Source of the DNA: Octopus vulgaris
Taxonomy: Eukaryota
Direction of reading: 5' to 3'
Length of the DNA stretch: 64,000 nucleotides
NCBI GenBank assembly: GCA_951406725.2
Contig: OX597822.1
Coordinates: 82,336,001-82,400,000, forward strand
Below the pieces are notes generated by a model. The model was not told where the DNA came from. It ran no database searches and worked only from the letters and a program-made list of their open reading frames with translations. Of the stretch, positions 11,251 through 25,290 are shown piece after piece (position 1 is the stretch's first letter; every line of letters begins with the position of its first letter). The position numbers and the translations under genes were made by a program.

Positions 11251-11711
11251 CAACATCTGTTTTCACAGATAGGTGTATAAAGTACAAAACTGATATCACT
11301 TCAAGGTGTATAAAGTACAAAACGATGTTATTCTTGCTTCCTATATCACTCATACCCACCATGATGTTGTTTTTTTAGCCCCCACCAACTTAACCCTGAT
11401 CAAGCAAACCTCTAATCAAAGACATTCCAACCATGACCAATCTGTGTTTTTATCTGTTAGGCTCTCCACTATCAAATAGGTCTCTTTTCTTGGTATTTTG
11501 GTTAGCCAAGTGAGATCAGAATTGCTCAATGAAGCCCGGACAGCTCTTCAACTGACCGGCTGACCCCTGTTGTATATGAGATTTTCATTACCATAGAAGG
11601 GTTTCGTACATAACAATCACCATCATCATCATCACCATCGTGAACTAAAACATCACCAGCATTGCCATATGTATACACACAAACACACACACACACACAC
11701 ACTCACATGCG

Positions 11712-11743
<32 letters not shown>

Positions 11744-11909
11744 CCTGCTGACGTGGAAACCTCCTATGGATACCTAGCTCCAGGCTCAGCTGTGAGCTTG
11801 GAACCTAACGCATGACCAGTTATAGTACTTACACAGCATACCTATTGGTTTAGATTACCAGTGAACTAAACCCCTTATATTTTATATATATGTATATATA
11901 TATATATAT

Positions 11910-12133
11910 TTACTCTCTTTTTACTCTTTTACTTGTTTCAGTCATTTGACTGCGGCAATGCTGGAGCACCGCCTTTAGTCGAGGAAATCGACCCCGGGAC
12001 TTATTCTTTTGTAAGCCCAGTACTTATTCTATCGGTCTCTTTTGCCGAACCGCTAAGTGACGGGGACGTGTAAACACACCAGCATCGGTTGTCAAGCAAT
12101 GCTAGGGGGACAAACACAGACGCACAAACACAT

Positions 12134-12184
<51 letters not shown>

Positions 12185-12320
12185 TACGACGGGCTTCTTT
12201 CAGTTTCCGTCTACCAAATCCACTCACAAGACACTTGCCCAAGATGCCACGCAGTGGGACTGAACCCGGAACCATGTGGCTGGTTAGCAAGCTACTTACC
12301 ACACAGCCACTCTTGCGCCT
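11910..12320 (-). mobile_element. SINE family B, young copy with internal TA/TG tract
   Basis: Close reverse complement of 40985-41390, CpG retained, (TAAAAGAG) tail. Confidence 0.9.
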
Positions 12321-13599
12321 ACATATATGATGGGCTTCCTCTCAGTTTCTGTCTATCAGATTATTGAAAAGGTATGGTCAACCTAGTGCTGTTGTAGAAG
12401 ACAGCTAACCGAGGTGCCATGCAGTGTGACTAAGTCTAAAAGCATTTGGTTGCAAAGAGAGTCTCCTAACACTGCAGCTGTGCCTGTCCCATAATGATTA
12501 CATAACTTGTGTTGATGGGGGTCATTCCCCAAAGAGATAAATGCAAAGTCTTCAAGAGTAAGATTTGAATGCAAAACAAAGAAGAGACAAAACCATATTT
12601 TGGTCAGTTGTTGTATCTAAGCATTCAGTTTTAATCAGTAAACTCCAGTATTGACCATAAAAGGCAGGAAATTGGTATAAATACAGCTACAGGTCACTAC
12701 ATTGAATTTGTTACAGTAAATAGTATCCTCTCTTTTGGTCTAGTTCCAAGTTAAATTTGACTTCCATTCTACCAAAGTTAATAACAACAATAAATGAAGA
12801 TTATAACAAAAGTAATGATTTCTTTGAATATTCCATTTTTGTATTTGGTTTGCAAGATACTTGATGTGGTCTCGTGTGTCGAAACAGATTCTGTTGAATC
12901 TTGGGAGGGTGATTACACCAATAATAAATACATGCATTGGTTAATTTCATTTCTTTATTATTCATCAATAGGTCAACTAATCTAAGAGCAGTCAGACCTG
13001 AAGCTGGCCTAGAATTGAGGGGGCATCTCATTGAAGAGGTCATGAATGGTGACAAAAAGACTTTCACAAACATAACTGATTGATGACTAACTGAATGATC
13101 AGTCCAACAATCAACAAATCAAACAAGTCAATTAGTTAATTGATTAAATAGTTAACTACTTCACAAATAAATAATAAAGAAGTGAGATAGAATCAGTGCA
13201 TGTGTTTATTGTTGGCATAATGACCCTCCCGCGATACACCAAAGTGAGTTCATACATAGACACAAAGTCTCAAATTCAAAACAGTCAATTGTATCAATCC
13301 CAGTACTTCACTGATACTTTATTTTCTCAGTTCTGGAAGGACAAAAGACAATGTTGACCAAAGCAGGATTTGAACTCAGAACATAAAGAGCTGAAGCAAA
13401 TACCACAAGACATTTGTTTTGGCTTCTAACAGAGGTGCAGGGCCTCAACATGTGGAGAAAGTAATATCACCTGTTTCATTGCTAATTATTCCATCATCAT
13501 CAGAGTGATGAAAGGCAAAGCTGACATGGTGGGATTTGAAATCAGAACATTAAAATGTGTTAGTGAACACCACAAGGCATTTTGTATGATGTTCTACTG

Positions 13600-13976
13600 C
13601 ATTGGTTTTCAACCAGGATCCATATGGCCCTTGTGGTACCCTTATGGCCCTTGTGGGATCCACATGGCCCTTGTGGGATCCATATCACTCTTGTGGTATC
13701 CATATGACCCTTGTGGGATCCATATGGCCCTTGTGGGATCCATATGGCCCTTGTGGGATCCATTTAAGATTTTCTAGTTAAAATTAATCTGCATTAAATT
13801 CATTACAGTTCTGCCATACACAAAATATTTTGACAATTTTTTAAATAAAATTCCTGATATTTGATTATAAAAATATAATAGAAATTTTTAAACATCGAAT
13901 GGCTGTGAGGGTCCAGCCAAGCAATATAGGAATCAAAGGGTTCTATAAGGGGGAAAAAAATGGTTGAGAACCACTG
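13600..13976. mobile_element. hAT-type MITE containing a 20-bp tandem array
   Basis: TIRs cattggttttcaacc / ggttgagaaccactg; TSD ttctactg / ttccactg; about 7 x gatccatatggcccttgtgg from 13617. Confidence 0.8.
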
Positions 13977-14151
13977 TTCCACTGCTTCTCCTCAATCCAC
14001 TTGTAACAAACAGGAATTTGTGCAATCAACAAAGCCGCCTTCCTTTTCAACAAGTGACTTTGAAACCCAAGCAAGTCAGAATTCATGATTGCTATGTAAG
14101 AATATGAAATTATATAATTAAATGATTAAACCCCCCCACACACGTACACGT

Positions 14152-14184
<33 letters not shown>

Positions 14185-14299
14185 CAAACATGGACACACA
14201 TACGTACACACACAAACACCTGTTATTCTACACCAACATACTAACCTTGACTGAGATAAAAGATTTAATGAGAAGGGCAGGAGAAAGAGAGTTTAGTTG

Positions 14300-14336
<37 letters not shown>

Positions 14337-15562
14337 ACCACTTTTTTATTCTTAGAGATAAAAAATAAAAAGGCAGGCATCTCAAGTTACTAAAAAAAGT
14401 GAAAAGATATAAATAAATAACAAAACAGAAAAACTACAGATAAAACTGAAAGTAGATGCTAATGTGGAGGAGAAGTTGTTTATTTGTGATTACATTGAGG
14501 TAGAGCTTTTTAGATAATAATAACCAGTTGATAACATTAAGCAGAGGATATAACAATTACATCATGTTGCTACTAAAAAGCACTAAGTTTGATAACAATA
14601 ACCATGTGAGTGTAAAGAAAGGCTTCTAGAATATTTTTAGCTTTCATATTATAAACTCTGTAAAGTGTTTGGCATCCAGAAGAGCGTCCAGTCATTGAAA
14701 CCTTGCCAAAGCAGACAATGGATCCTGGCCTTACCAAGCTCCAGCCATACTGTCCAACCCATGCCAGCATGGAAAATGGACGTTAAATGGCAACAATGAT
14801 GATGACGATGACGATGCTGATGAACTACAGTTGGCCACTACTTAGATGTGTTCCCTCCTCTCTCTGATATTTATTGTGTTTTTAACACTGCATGTCCAGA
14901 AGAGATGTTATCTCTGGACAAATACTGCAGTAACTGGCCTATCAACAGTTTTTCTACATTAAGTATGATACATAGATGGCTTATTGTTAAGCTTTTTTAT
15001 AACATGATACTGTAGGGAGATTTGTTTTTCCTGAAATTTGTCATGTGATACTTAAAACCTTGCAGGTGTGTGCCGCTGTTGACTTATGTGTCATAGGTTT
15101 GTCATCACTACACTAAATATAGTGTGTCTGCAAATATAAATAACATGGTAACATTAGTCAGTCTTTACTCATTGATGTGTTTGATCAGGGCTGAGTTGAA
15201 GTTGAACAACAGTAACCCTATTGTAACAATTGTCTTGCAGGAGGCTGAAGGTCACAACTTTGCAGGAAAAGTGTGTAATAAATAATGGCAAACAGCTGTA
15301 ATTTCTAACAATGTGGAAGATCAAATGTTGATAATGTTAGCCAAGTCCAACTTAAGCCACCTTGATTTGTCACTGCACCCATGAAGGACCTAGATCTTCC
15401 CTGATTAGATGAGAAGTTAATGTGGCAACTGGGTGCAGAGATTGCAAAGCAAGTCAACAATGCTAAACTCAAGAGCCTTGATTGAAGCTCTGCCTTGTTT
15501 GTAGGTTTGATGGATGGTCATTGAATCTTTAGGAGATTCATCTGCCACTGCAGACAGGCTTT

Positions 15563-15631
<69 letters not shown>

Positions 15632-16419
15632 TTGGTTTGGCTCAGGTTTGGTTATATTCCTGATGGCTATTATATGGATAACGGGTTACTGCCTGTAACC
15701 TTTGGTATCCACAAGTTTTCAGCAGACTTTCAAGTGCTTAGAACCTTCCTGATAATCCTTGCTCTCCCTAAGAGACAAACTTTGTGTAGGATCTCTACCA
15801 AGCATTCTATTTCAGTCACCTTCAGCCATATGACTATAACTAGGCTTACTGTTCACAACACACCAAGTATTATGTACATAACCTTTACTGTTCACATGCT
15901 CCAAATTCTTCCTTTTTCAAACTTTAAGGGATTGCTTTATATTTTTGCTTCTCTTTCTCTTTCTTTACAATCCTGGAATCAAACGGGCATGATTAGTTGA
16001 TAAGTAAGCAACTTCACTTTTCCTTATTTATAATCATTATATCTGGTCTATTATTTTCTAATTTCTTGACTGTTTGAATAAAGTGCCATGAAATCTTACA
16101 TTTTTCCACCTCCAGTACTCTTTCGACTCAATGATTGTACCATGTGTTTCCAGCTTCTAATCCCCAATATTTGGTGCAGTTTCCAGTGTAAAACTTTTAC
16201 AATTTGGTCGTGTCTCCATATCTTATATTCTTATTGTGCCAAATTGAAGCATTCTTCCACAGTGTGCACCACTGTCACGTTCCAAGTTCCATAGGCTCTA
16301 CATTTTTCTGACACATTCTCTCCATATATATTTTTTCTCAAGTTGTTTGTTTATATTGCTTGATCTTGAGCTGCTACAATCAGGCTCTCTGTTTCTTTAT
16401 TTAATTGCCCCTTTTTTAG

Positions 16420-16420
<1 letters not shown>
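15632..16420 (-). mobile_element. 5'-truncated R4/Dong-clade LINE (restriction-like endonuclease domain), pseudogenised, within a TAA array
   Basis: Minus-strand translation gives KETESLIVAAQDQAI, YKIWRHDQIVKVLHWKL, ENNRPDIMII and CPFDSRIVKKEKEKQKY; (TTA)n on both sides. Confidence 0.8.
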
Positions 16421-16481
<61 letters not shown>

Positions 16482-16482
<1 letters not shown>

Positions 16483-16682
16483 GGCTGCATGCTGGATAAA
16501 ATGCTAAGTGGCATTTCATATGACTTTACATTCTGAATTTAAATTCCACCAAGGTGGACTGTACCTTTCATCCTTTTCAAGTTTGATGAAATAAGTACCA
16601 GTTATGTGCTGGAGTCAATGTAATCGACTAGTCCCCTCCCTGACAAAATTTCAGGCCTTGTACTTATAGTAGAAAGAATTAT
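16482..16682 (+). mobile_element. SINE family A, degenerate
   Basis: aaattccaccaaggtggact...cctttcatcc...aaaatttcaggccttgtacttatagtagaaag. Confidence 0.7.
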
Positions 16683-17114
16683 TACAATCATTATTGTTAT
16701 TATTTATTAATGTTCCCTCTGGGTGTCCGTCCACTCTCCATGCACCAATGGTGAGACCCTAGAATGGCATCACTGGTTTACTCATCAACAGTCAGACTGA
16801 TGTAACTGATGGCACTGGTTCACATGACTACTTGTAAAAGATAATTTTTTTTATGGGCCCTAGTTTTGCAATGACCATTGCAAGAAACCACAGTTTTGAT
16901 TCGCAGACCAGTGGTGCATTGTGTTCTTGACCAAACACATTTCATTTCACTTTGCTTCTGTCCATTCAGCTGTAATGAGTAACCCTGTGAAGGGCTATCT
17001 TCCCATCCAGGGGGAATGTTGTGATCTTGGTTACCAGGTGACTGGCCCTTTGAGTCATGAGGCTCAAGACAGTAATCCCCAGGCATTGATGACAATGATG
17101 AAAACTCAACATAT

Positions 17115-17496
17115 CTGTGTGGTAAGAAGTTCACTTCCCAACCACATGGTTCCAAGTTCAATCCCACTGCCTGGCACCTTTGGCAAGTATTTTCTACTAT
17201 AATCTTGGGCTGACCAAAGCCATCTGAATGAATCTGGTAGAGAGAAAAAAGCCCATAGTGTATATGTGTGTGTGTGTGTGTTTATGTGTCTGAGTTTGTC
17301 CCCCATCACTGCTTGACAACCTTTATTGGTGGGTTTACATCCCTGCAACTTAGCAGCTTGGCAAAAGAGACGAATAGAATAGGTACCAAGCTTAAATAAA
17401 AAGGACTGGGGTTGATTCGGTTGACTAAAAATTCTTCAGTATGGTACCCCCGTTAACCCACAGTCAAATGGGTGAAACAAGTAAAAGATAAAAGAT
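17115..17496 (+). mobile_element. SINE family B, degenerate
   Basis: ctgtgtggtaagaag...ggttccaagttcaatcccact...gaaacaagtaaaagataaaagata. Confidence 0.75.
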
Positions 17497-18609
17497 ATCC
17501 ATTACTCAAGATATGATTCACTAAGGTTCCATAGAATTTAGTGTTGTAAGCAGCAGGAGCACTATATAATTGATGACTGTTTCATTAACTTGCTGAGTTG
17601 AATTTTCACAGAGATAACACAAACTATTTTTTATTTTTATTCAGTTTAAATATAGAGCACCGAAAGCATATCTGCACATTTCATACTGCACTAAGGTGCA
17701 TAATAAAAGGTCAAACTTGAATTTATGAAATCCTCTTAAATACACACACACATTCCCATACTCTCACTCTCTCTCTCTATCTCTCTCTATCTCTCACACA
17801 CACATTCTCTCTCTCCCTCTATCTCACTCCTTCCCTATCTTTTCTTCTTTATTCATCTCTCACACTTTCCTCCCTTGCCTTGATTCTGTCGCCTCTGCTC
17901 TTTGGAATCCTTCTAGAATATCTTTCCAAAGACTGCAACTTTTTTTCAACGTCACAGCATTTATCTCCAAAGCAGTCATTAGCAGGGTTTTGTTTCTTTA
18001 TCAGTTTAGGAATATGCGAATATCAGCTAAACCCTATCGTTTAATCTACTTGTGGGTTAATTCCTAGAAAACAATTGTATATACGTGTATGTGTGTTTGT
18101 GTGTGTGTGCGCATGCGTGACTGGTGTGTGTGTATACAAAATATATATAGAAACGTATATATGTATGTATTTATAGAGCTTTATATGTAAATATATATAT
18201 CCATATATATACACACGCATACACACACATGAGTATATTGCATAAATATTTACACACACACACACACATATATATGTATATATCCATACACCCATACACA
18301 CTTGCATACATACATGCATACATAATATCGACACTAACGACCTCACACACATGCACACACACACGTATGCATGTATTCCCCATCTCTCAACCTTATACTC
18401 TTCCTAGTCCTTTTCATTCACTCCTCTCAATACACTTTATACCTTCAGGGTCCACTGACAAACCTCGTCACCACTATTTTGATCTCTTTCCAGCTCCATC
18501 TGATCACTTCTGCCCTCCCTTATAAATGTGAGTAGCCATGTAACTCCTCTACAGCAAGAAACCTGTTCTGCTCTGGCTGCTTCTTTCATATTTCAACCCT
18601 TCATCTTCT

Positions 18610-18990
18610 CGGGGCACTCCGTCATTTGCGATGATGAGGGTTCCAGTTGATCCGATCAACAGAATAGCATGCTTGTGAAATTAATGTACAAGTGGCTGAG
18701 CACTCCACAGACACATGTACCCTTAATGTAGTCTTCAAGGAGACTTGGAATGATACAGAGTGTGACAAGGCTGGCCCTTCGAAATACAGGTACAACGGAA
18801 ACAGGAAGAAAGAGTGAGAGAAAGCTGTGGTGAAAGCAAACAGCATGGTTTGCCTCCAGCCCCTGCCAGATCCTTGTGGAGCTTTAGGTGTTTTCACTTA
18901 ATAAACACTCATAACACCTGGTCTGGGAATCGAAACGGCGATCCTACGACAGCAAGTCTGCTACCCTAACCACTGGGCCATTGTGCCTCA
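18610..18990 (-). mobile_element. tRNA-derived SINE family E
   Basis: tRNA-like head on minus (gaggcacaatggcccagtggttagg...gtttcgattccc); body shared with 25015-25290 and 47605-48305. Confidence 0.75.
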
Positions 18991-20057
18991 TGTTCATCTT
19001 CTAATGTAAAGCTGACTACTCAGGGTTTGTAATCTTGCAAGCTGCATGGTAACCTCTCTAATGCTGGTGCCATGAAAGTTGCACTCAGTCCACACTGTAA
19101 TGTATTTGGCATTAAGAAGGACATCCAGGCATAGAAACCAAGTGAATGGTTTCTGTGGTTGGATGCACAATGCAGTCCTTGGATGCTTCAGATCCTGTCA
19201 AACCATCCAAACCATGCCAGCATGAAACATGGACATTATATAATGATGATGATGATATATAAATTACTTACTTGTTTATTTAATTCTATTTTACTGTCAG
19301 ATATTTTAAGCCTATTTTAACTGTGCTTTTTAAAAATATTTTATCACCTATATGCTATAACAATATGATGTACATAGCATACATAACTTGAGGTTGTGTG
19401 TGGGTGTGTATGTTTGTGCATGAGCGTGTGTGAAAATAATCCCTGCAAAATTTTGTAAAGTGTCATTGCTTGGTTCCAGTTTTGTATTGTTTGGACTGGG
19501 AAAAATAATATTTTAATTATTGTGTTGTGTGTCATTTAAGCTCAGGTAACTTTTCTTCAACCTCTGACTGCTTCATTCCAGACACATAATAACAATAATA
19601 ATAATAATGATAATAATAATAACAACAACAGCAATAATAATAATAATGCATTATGAAACACCATCCATGGCTCTCTTTACTAACCTCATCTTTTCTAGGC
19701 TTTCAATTAAACACAATATTTTGAATAGTTACTGTTGTTGGTGATGTTTAGCCCAGGGTCATCTCTGATCAAGCATACCTTATTATTAAGGCATTCCTAA
19801 GGCCACAAGCTGGAAGAATTGTTGGAACACTGTACAAAATGTTGCATGGCATTTCACCCATCTTTAGGTTCTGAGTTCAAATTCCACCAAGGTTGACTTC
19901 ACCTCTCATCCTTTCGGGATTGATAAAATAAGTACCAGTTGCATACTGGGGTTCGATGTAATATATTATCCCCCTCCACAAAATATCAGGCTTTGTGCTT
20001 ATCATAGAAAGGATTATTAAAGCATTGTAGCTATGACCATTCCATCTGATAGAGGTA

Positions 20058-20510
20058 CAAGGTCTGATCAAAAAGTATCTGGACAACTTATATCAATTCA
20101 GCATTTAATCTCTACTTTATCCAGTGTTGTTTCCATTGACGGAAGCATTCCTGGACCCCTTTTTTGGGGATAGCAAGCAGCTGCCACATCACATTCCCAT
20201 GTGAGATTTGATTCTTGCCTTGGTTTCAATGTCGCAGCCACAGACCCACAATTTCTCACTTGTTATGTCTGTTTTCAAAATATTTTCATCTTCCTTGACA
20301 CAATCAAGATCCTGCACAGCTGAAGCCCGACCTTCTTTTTAAGATGACCATACTCTACACACCTTACTTCCAAGCACTTCTATAAACAACAGAAGGGGGT
20401 GAGAATATTATAATTTAGGGTGCATACGTGACAGAGTTCAAGGTCCATCTGTGCCAAGGGGCTCCACTGTTACCATAGCAGCAGTCCTGATACTTTTTAA
20501 TCAAACCTCG
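20058..20510 (-). mobile_element. Internally deleted Tc1/mariner element
   Basis: TA-flanked TIRs caaggtctgatcaaaaagtatctggac / gtcctgatactttttaatcaaacctcg; minus strand encodes QECFRQWKQHW, like a mariner C-terminus. Confidence 0.75.
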
Positions 20511-21966
20511 TAAATAAGGAACTAAATTGAGTAGTATGGCCTCCTTTTATTTAAAGAGGTGTGATGTAGTGGTAGGTTGTTTAGCAGCTATTTCTAGAAG
20601 GTCAATTAGTCACATAGGCCCTCCTCGTTAACCTGAATTCTGAGTAAATTTAATTGTTTGCCATTAGGACCATTATGGTGATACCAAGTCTGTTGATATT
20701 GAAGAGTGTTGCAGTTGTCCAATGAACAGAATGACCGATTCATTGTTAGACCATAAATGGTTGAGTATTCCACAAACATATCAATTGTTAATGAGTGGCA
20801 CCTTGGGCAAGTGTCTTCTGTTATAGCTCCGGGCTGACCAAAGCCTTGTGAGTGGATTTGGTTGACAGATAAAGCACCTCAAGGGTGCACTCAGAGGATC
20901 CACTCTGTTACGAACCCCTTGTTTAAGAATGCAGTCTTCCCACCAGCCAAGCACACTGCCTGCCCTTCCTTCCTAGCTTAGCTAAAATGGGAAGATGGGA
21001 TTTGAGAGAGATTAGCTGCTACTTCTAGCAGGTTGATAAACCAAGTAATTGGCTTATCCAGAAAACCAGTAATCCAAAGCATAAACAAATATGGGATACA
21101 CAAACCACATAACTACAATTGCCTTGTGAAGATATAACCCCACCTCCTTTCCTTTCCAACAGGGTATCCCTACATCTACATCAAAACCCCATTCTCTGTC
21201 CCATTATAGGTTTAATCTCACAACTGGCTCAAAGTCACTCCCATCTCAATACTACTTCCCCTCCCACTTAAGGGACTGTTACTTTTTTTTTTTTATCTTA
21301 CAAGGTACTTGGAGACCCTGTTGGCGATGGGGCCATGTAAAAAGTACCCAGTACATTCTGCTGTAAAGTGGTTTGTGTTAGGAAGGGCACCTGGCTGTAG
21401 AAACCATGCCAAAACTATCAGTAGAGCCTGGTACAGCTCCCAGACTCACCAGCTCTTGTCAAACTGTCTAGCCCATGCCAGCAAGGAAGATTGACATTAA
21501 ATGATGATGATGACGACAGTGGTGGCGGTGGGGGGGTGAGGAGGGTGAGGAGGAGGAAAGTTCTCTGTCAGATTTCTTCCCTCTAATTCACACACACACA
21601 CATTCTATGAATCTCTGCTCTGTATTCTCGGAGCTGGTATCTGTCTTTGTTGTTGCTTTTAGATTTCCATCTTATATGAACACAGTCAATGTCTTATCAG
21701 AATCACCACGTCTCAAAGATGGTATTTCTCTTGGAATACATTAGCCATATGTTTTGTTTAAGATTTAAAACAATCAACAATCATGGTGAAGTTTAATAAA
21801 TATAACGTTGACTTCTCCTTCATTAATTTGGCATTTGGAAAATAACAAAACATTCCGACATAGAATTACGAATACTGACTGTTTAAAGTTGGACACTTTA
21901 AAATAGTTTTGTGTGTGATAGAGAAAGCTGGTGGTCTTCAACTAACTGATATCAAAATACTTAACT

Positions 21967-22314
21967 GCCACCACCACCACCACCACCACCACCATCACCA
22001 GCACCATCACCACCAACACCACCACCACTATCACCACAACCATCACTAACACCACCACCATAACTATCACCATTAATACCACCACAACCATCACCAATAC
22101 CACTACCATCATAACTATCACCAGCACCACCACCACCACGACCATCACCAACACCACCACGACCATCACCATCACTACCACCACAACCACCACCACCACA
22201 ACCATCACCAACACCATAATCATCACCACCACCACCACCACCATCATAACCATCACCACCACCACCACCAACACCACCATCACAACCACCACCTCCATCA
22301 TCATCTCCAAGGCA

Positions 22315-22385
<71 letters not shown>
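21967..22385. repeat. (ACC/ATC)n and (AAT)n tracts
   Basis: Direct reading. Confidence 0.95.
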
Positions 22386-22387
<2 letters not shown>

Positions 22388-24748
22388 GGAAGCTAAAATA
22401 GTAACATTATCAATTTGTATAAAGGTTTCATAAAAGCAACAGAAACAAAAGTTAAAACAACAATAAAAACCACTGCAACTGAACAAAAACAAAATGTCAG
22501 TGTTTTTGTTGTTTTTTTTAATTAAAATTGAAGTTTCCCAAACACTGGCAAGCTCTACTCAAAACACTTCACTCTTACTCAACAACCTTGTTCAACACCA
22601 TTTCTTAATAAGAACCGCATAAGGGTTATATAATTCATATGGAGGATGTGGCAGCTTTGAGCTGTTCACAAATATTTTCTTAGCATGCTGTGCGCTGAGT
22701 TATTCAGGATGGAGGGAAAGTTATCGGACACAAACCAACCCGTTCAGGCCATAAAGAGATTAATCTCTTATCTACTTAGCAGAAACAAAAAAAAACAAAC
22801 ACCATTCTTATGGTTCTTTCAGATACAGAAAAACAGGTGCAGGTGAGCAGTGGGGGTTTATTACTCCCTCTTTATAATCACCATAGAAAAAATTTTTGCT
22901 TCTTTAAACCCTGCCCCCACACCACACACATGTTTTTTTGCGCATGCGCATGTACATGCATGTGTGTGTGCGTGGCTTAGTCTGAAGAGCATATACTGCG
23001 CCTGTTATGTTTTTGGAAAGCCTCCAAGATTGATCTGAAGGTGCTTGGTCAAGTGGGTAGAGTGTCGTACTCACGGCTGCAAGATCATGGTTTCAATCCC
23101 CAGACCAGAGGGTGCATTGTGTTCTTGAGCAAAACACTTCATTTCTCTTTGCTTCAGTTCATTCTACAGTGAATGAGTAAACCTGCAATGGACTGGCTTC
23201 CCATCCAGAGGGACTGTTGTGATCTTGATCACTTATTTGCCATGAAAGCTGGTTAACCGGCCCTATCAGCCCTGGAACTTGAGACAATACTTGCTTACAT
23301 ATGGCCAAAGTTTGTTTTGCAAGGTACTTGGTGACCCTGTTAGTGATGGTGCCACATAAAAAGCACTGGTGCTGGGGACCATGTGAAAAACACCCAGTCC
23401 ACTCTGTAAAGTGGTTGGCATTAGGAAGGACATCCAACTGTAGAAACCATGCCAAAATAGACAATGGAGTCTGGTGCAGCTCCCAGGTTTACCATCTCCT
23501 GTGAAACTGTCCAAACCATGCCAGCATGGAAAATAGCTGTTAAATGATGATGATGACAGGATAAAAGAAGGACGATCTGCGTTTCCTCTGCCTGGTAACC
23601 TGGTTTGAATTCTTGCAACAGAGCAGACTTGCAGACTCTACTAAAGGCACCAGAAGACCAAGCTGTAGTGCTAAACAGAGCAGTGGATTAAATCCAACAC
23701 TCAAAAGCACATTCTATCATTGGGCTTCCTTACAGTTTTCATCTCTCCAATTTCACTCACAAGGCTTGGCTCTATCAGGGGCCATGTCTAAAGACATTTG
23801 CCCCCAAAATGCTGCTCACTGTTGCCATACTGTGCAGGACAACATGATTATGAAACAAGACATCTTAACCATTCTGTTACTCCTGGGTTCCCCCACCCCA
23901 CCCCCACCACTACACTAGATTCTCCTTCTTCACTTCTTCCAGAGTTGTTCAAACAATCTTGACATCCTCTCAAAATTAATTGCTGTTATGCAGACCACCA
24001 CCACCATCATCGCTACGACCACTGCTGCCACCAAAACTGTTGCCACCACCACCGCCACCACTCATCTCAACCCTGGCTATCAAACAATAAGGTGTGATAT
24101 CAAGACCTCCTCTTCCTCCTCCTCACGAAACAACCTGCCATAAAGTTACACTCCACTTCTGCCCACCCCCCATCATTATCATCTTGTATATTTCCTGATT
24201 GTGGTTGATAGTGTTAGTGGTGGTGGTGGTAGTGGTGGTGGTGGTGGTGGTGGTGGGAGAAGCGGCTTATGACTAAGGTGTCAACCTGTGAACTCCTCCA
24301 CACTCTTGGAGTAAAGTAAATATGACCAGTGAGGGTCTTTTAGCCAAATCCCATCTTGGAATACTTGGAATCTGTAAGTTCAGGGATGGAGAATATGGGA
24401 ACACGTGCACGAGGAGGTCATGCTTTTCACTAATTGCAACCAGGCCAAGGCCTTGTATTGCTACCAACCACAATAAACCACCAACGCCACCACCACCACC
24501 ACTACCATTTCCACCATTCCATTACCACCATTTCCATCACCACCACCACCACCACCACCACCACCACAATCATTACCACAAACAAATCAAGCTTCTCAAA
24601 AGTCTTGAGCCAACAAGGATGTCTTTTATGCAATTCTTGCTTGACCTATGATGGTGTTGGTGTTGGCGGTTGTGGTGGTGGTGATGTTGGTGTTGGTGTT
24701 GTTGTTGTTGCTGCTGCTGTTGGTGTTGTGCTGTTGCTGCTGCTGCTG

Positions 24749-24780
<32 letters not shown>

Positions 24781-25014
24781 GGTGGTGGTGGTGGTGGTGG
24801 TGGTGGTGGTGGTGGTGGTGGTGGTGTCTTGCTCAAGGACACAACACATCACCAGGAACTGAACTCACGACCATAACGATCCTGAGCCGAATGCCCTAAC
24901 CATTTAGCTACGCACCTTCACATGTGACCATATAGAGCCTCATAGAAGGGTTCTGGGATTTCATATTATTAAAAGCTTGTTTTATTTTATCCCATCATTG
25001 GCAAATTCCTCATG

Positions 25015-25290
25015 TAAAGGTGTGTGGCTTAGTGGTAAAGGCATTCAGCTGACAATTGCAGGGTCATGAGTTCAATACCCAGGGACACATTGAGCCTTTG
25101 AACAAGGGCTAGGGTTAGGGTTAGCTGGCGAAATGAGTTGTAGCTGTAATTCAAAGAACTAACCTTGTTACATTCTGTGTTACGCTGAATTTCCCTGATA
25201 ACTATGTTAAGGGTGTGCATGTCTGTGGAGTACTCAGCCACTTAGATCAACCGGAACCCTTATCGTCGCAACCGATGAAGTGCCAGGTTT
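25015..25290 (+). mobile_element. SINE family E
   Basis: aaggtgtgtggcttagtggtaaagg...gagttcaataccc head; gtctgtggagtactcagccactt body. Confidence 0.7.

Noticed and set aside
13617-13763. 20-bp array (and the 31-bp array at 28420) as CRISPR-like
   Set aside because: Contiguous tandem units with no unique spacers, no cas genes, eukaryotic context
18915-18990. tRNA gene (also other SINE heads)
   Set aside because: Continuous with SINE bodies and lacking a complete cloverleaf; treated as SINE heads
22812-22848. Possible 20-nt exon ttctttcAG...cagGTGAGC
   Set aside because: Short pyrimidine tract, not frame-preserving, no supporting evidence; could be chance
25107-25123. ctagggttagggttag as an interstitial telomeric repeat
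   Set aside because: Only about two units, inside a SINE
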